Below are positions 62,249 to 64,000 of a stretch of 64,000 nucleotides of DNA, in pieces. Every line of letters begins with the position of its first letter. Within the stretch, counting starts at the first letter, position 1. The notes under the pieces are model-generated. The model searched no databases. It was not told the DNA's origin and saw only the letters and a program-made list of their open reading frames with translations. This DNA comes from Euglena gracilis (Eukaryota). Made by a program: the position numbers and the translations under genes. The stretch lies in contig CP154954.1 in the NCBI GenBank assembly GCA_039621445.1, positions 16,076,140 to 16,140,139 on the forward strand. The letters are read 5' to 3'.

Positions 62249-64000
62249 TTAGACACCACAATTACTGCATCACACTGCACCAGCGAAGGTGGTTGCCCCC
62301 CCCCCCAGGCGCCCTGGACCCGATTGAACGTTAGGCCAGGGTACCAACCATGCGTAAAACAAGCCAAAACGCCCTAAAATTGGGCGCAAAGTTGCAAATT
62401 AAGGCTGAAGTTTTAGGAAGGTCAAATTTGCATGTAAGGAGGAGGGGGGGGGCAAGCGCCCGGGGGGGGGAGCGCCTGGGGGGGGGGGGTACCAACACCC
62501 AAGGATTTCCAGCCAAGCCATGCAAGGAACCTGTGGGGCGGGCGATCGAGTCTTGGCCCGCAGACGCGAGAGCCAAAGCTATTACACACGCAACGCAGAG
62601 GACAAGCGACACGTGACTCGCAAAGCTTGCAGAGCTTCCGAGCTATAGAGGGTGGAAGCGTCATAGCTCCCAAGGAGCTATAAAAACAAGAGCGCGAAAA
62701 ATTGGGGCCCTTGATTCATCAGATGGGAACGCCAACAGAATGGTCCCAGGGCTTGGCCTGCGCCTGCAACTGCCGGGCACTGCAGAACACAAGCCACAAA
62801 TGTCACCGTGGGGGAAAGGAAGGGTAAAAAATGAGCGGGGACAGGGGGGTAGGACCCCCTGGAGGGTGTGCGAGTTGGACCCCCCTCCCCCTGAGCAAAA
62901 AAATTGTAAAGCTCTTTGCACCAGAAAAAAAAAAACGGGCCTTGAAAAAGGCCCCAAAAAGCGCACTTTTTGAAAAAAAATTGGTCAAAACCTACGGCGA
63001 AAATTTCATTTTCCTGGCGAGAAGCGCCGGAAAATTGTTTTTGGTTCCTGGTGAGGGATTTTAGAATGATCCTGCACTTGTGCAGGACCATTGGAGATTT
63101 TGAACAAAATTATTTTTTTGCCTGTCCCACTAGATAATTCCTGTAGGACGTCCCACTAATTACTACCCCCACTTAAGGAAGCACATTTCACAGTGATTCC
63201 GAAAATGCACCCGAATTTTTTGGTTATCCCAACCCAACCCAACCCCACCCCCGCCCCCCCCCCCCCACTAAGGCTAGTGGGGGTGCCAATTCTTCCAGTA
63301 TATTTGCATTTGTGGTCCAAGATTGGGGTGTTTATTGGGAAAATGTTTCGTTGGGCCAACGGTGCCACTTTCGGTCATCTGGCCTCCCCTGGGGGGTGTA
63401 GAGCCCAAAAAGCAATCAGTTAATCTGTAATCACCCCTGGTAAGACAGTGAGGAATGGTATGACTTTGTTGGCATCAAGGTTGACATCAGGATCAAGCAG
63501 TTTCGTGACACCTTTTTTAAACCATCCACGACTTCTTCTTCGCAGCCACGGTGAAAGCCCAGGGACCTCGAGGAAAATCGAGCCTGGGGATGGCGTTGCT
63601 TGCAGGCTGTTGTCCTTTTGAAAACACCGTTGGATTGCTTCGGCACTGAAGGTTGCTTGACTGGAGGGGATATCTGCTAGTTGAGACACCCACCCAATTG
63701 CTTTGAAGAAAATGTGCCGGATGCACAGTACCCCCAGGGTGGCGTTTGGCCACCCTCCTCCTCACATGCAAACTTGGCCCCTGTAGGGATGGCCTTTTGC
63801 ACATGGCCGCCAAAATTCTTCACATGCAAACTTGGCCCCCCTAAGGTTGGCCCCCTGGCCATACCTTCATGGCCTGGGCCAAGCGCCCGGGTGGGACAGC
63901 AAGAAGAAAATTTGGCTAGACTGACCGATGGTCTTGTCAGCCATTTCATGCAAAGTCTGTGTTGATGTGGTCTCGATGCTGCCAAGGCCGCAAAAGCATC
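62249..64000 (-). repeat. Inverted duplication, right arm (runs off the window)
   Basis: Reverse complement of 33172-34859, with indels and substitutions. Confidence 0.92.

Overview
Repeat-saturated eukaryotic genomic DNA: poly-G/C runs, microsatellites, short GT-AG introns and interstitial (CCCTAA)n. A protist such as a euglenid is a guess, not shown by the sequence. I recognise no intact host gene, rRNA, functional tRNA or CRISPR array; nearly all track ORFs are low-complexity or antisense artefacts. The window is a layered transposon graveyard. (1) A ~9.6/7.8 kb direct duplication (3471-13058 vs 19735-27527) whose copies supply empty sites for each other's insertions. (2) An intron-containing Tc1/mariner element with an internally inverted DDE segment (6549-7951). 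(3) A ~2.4 kb-unit tandem array with a conserved overlapping double-hairpin core of Helentron/DINE-like layout (13063-19560). (4) TA-, 7-bp- and 8-bp-TSD MITE families, including a triple-nested hAT-like insertion (28435-30023). (5) A decayed Penelope-like RT with no visible GIY-YIG domain (~52880-53690, minus). (6) A >=1.7 kb inverted duplication (33172-34859 vs 62249-64000). (7) The most unusual item: three related TIR elements with CTTAG...CTAAG termini (39649-42646, 45626-48235, right end at 62248). The two complete ones have 5-bp TSDs, and each is seeded with its own TGCGC-based palindrome; I cannot place them in a known superfamily. Coordinates were read by eye and may be off by a few bases.
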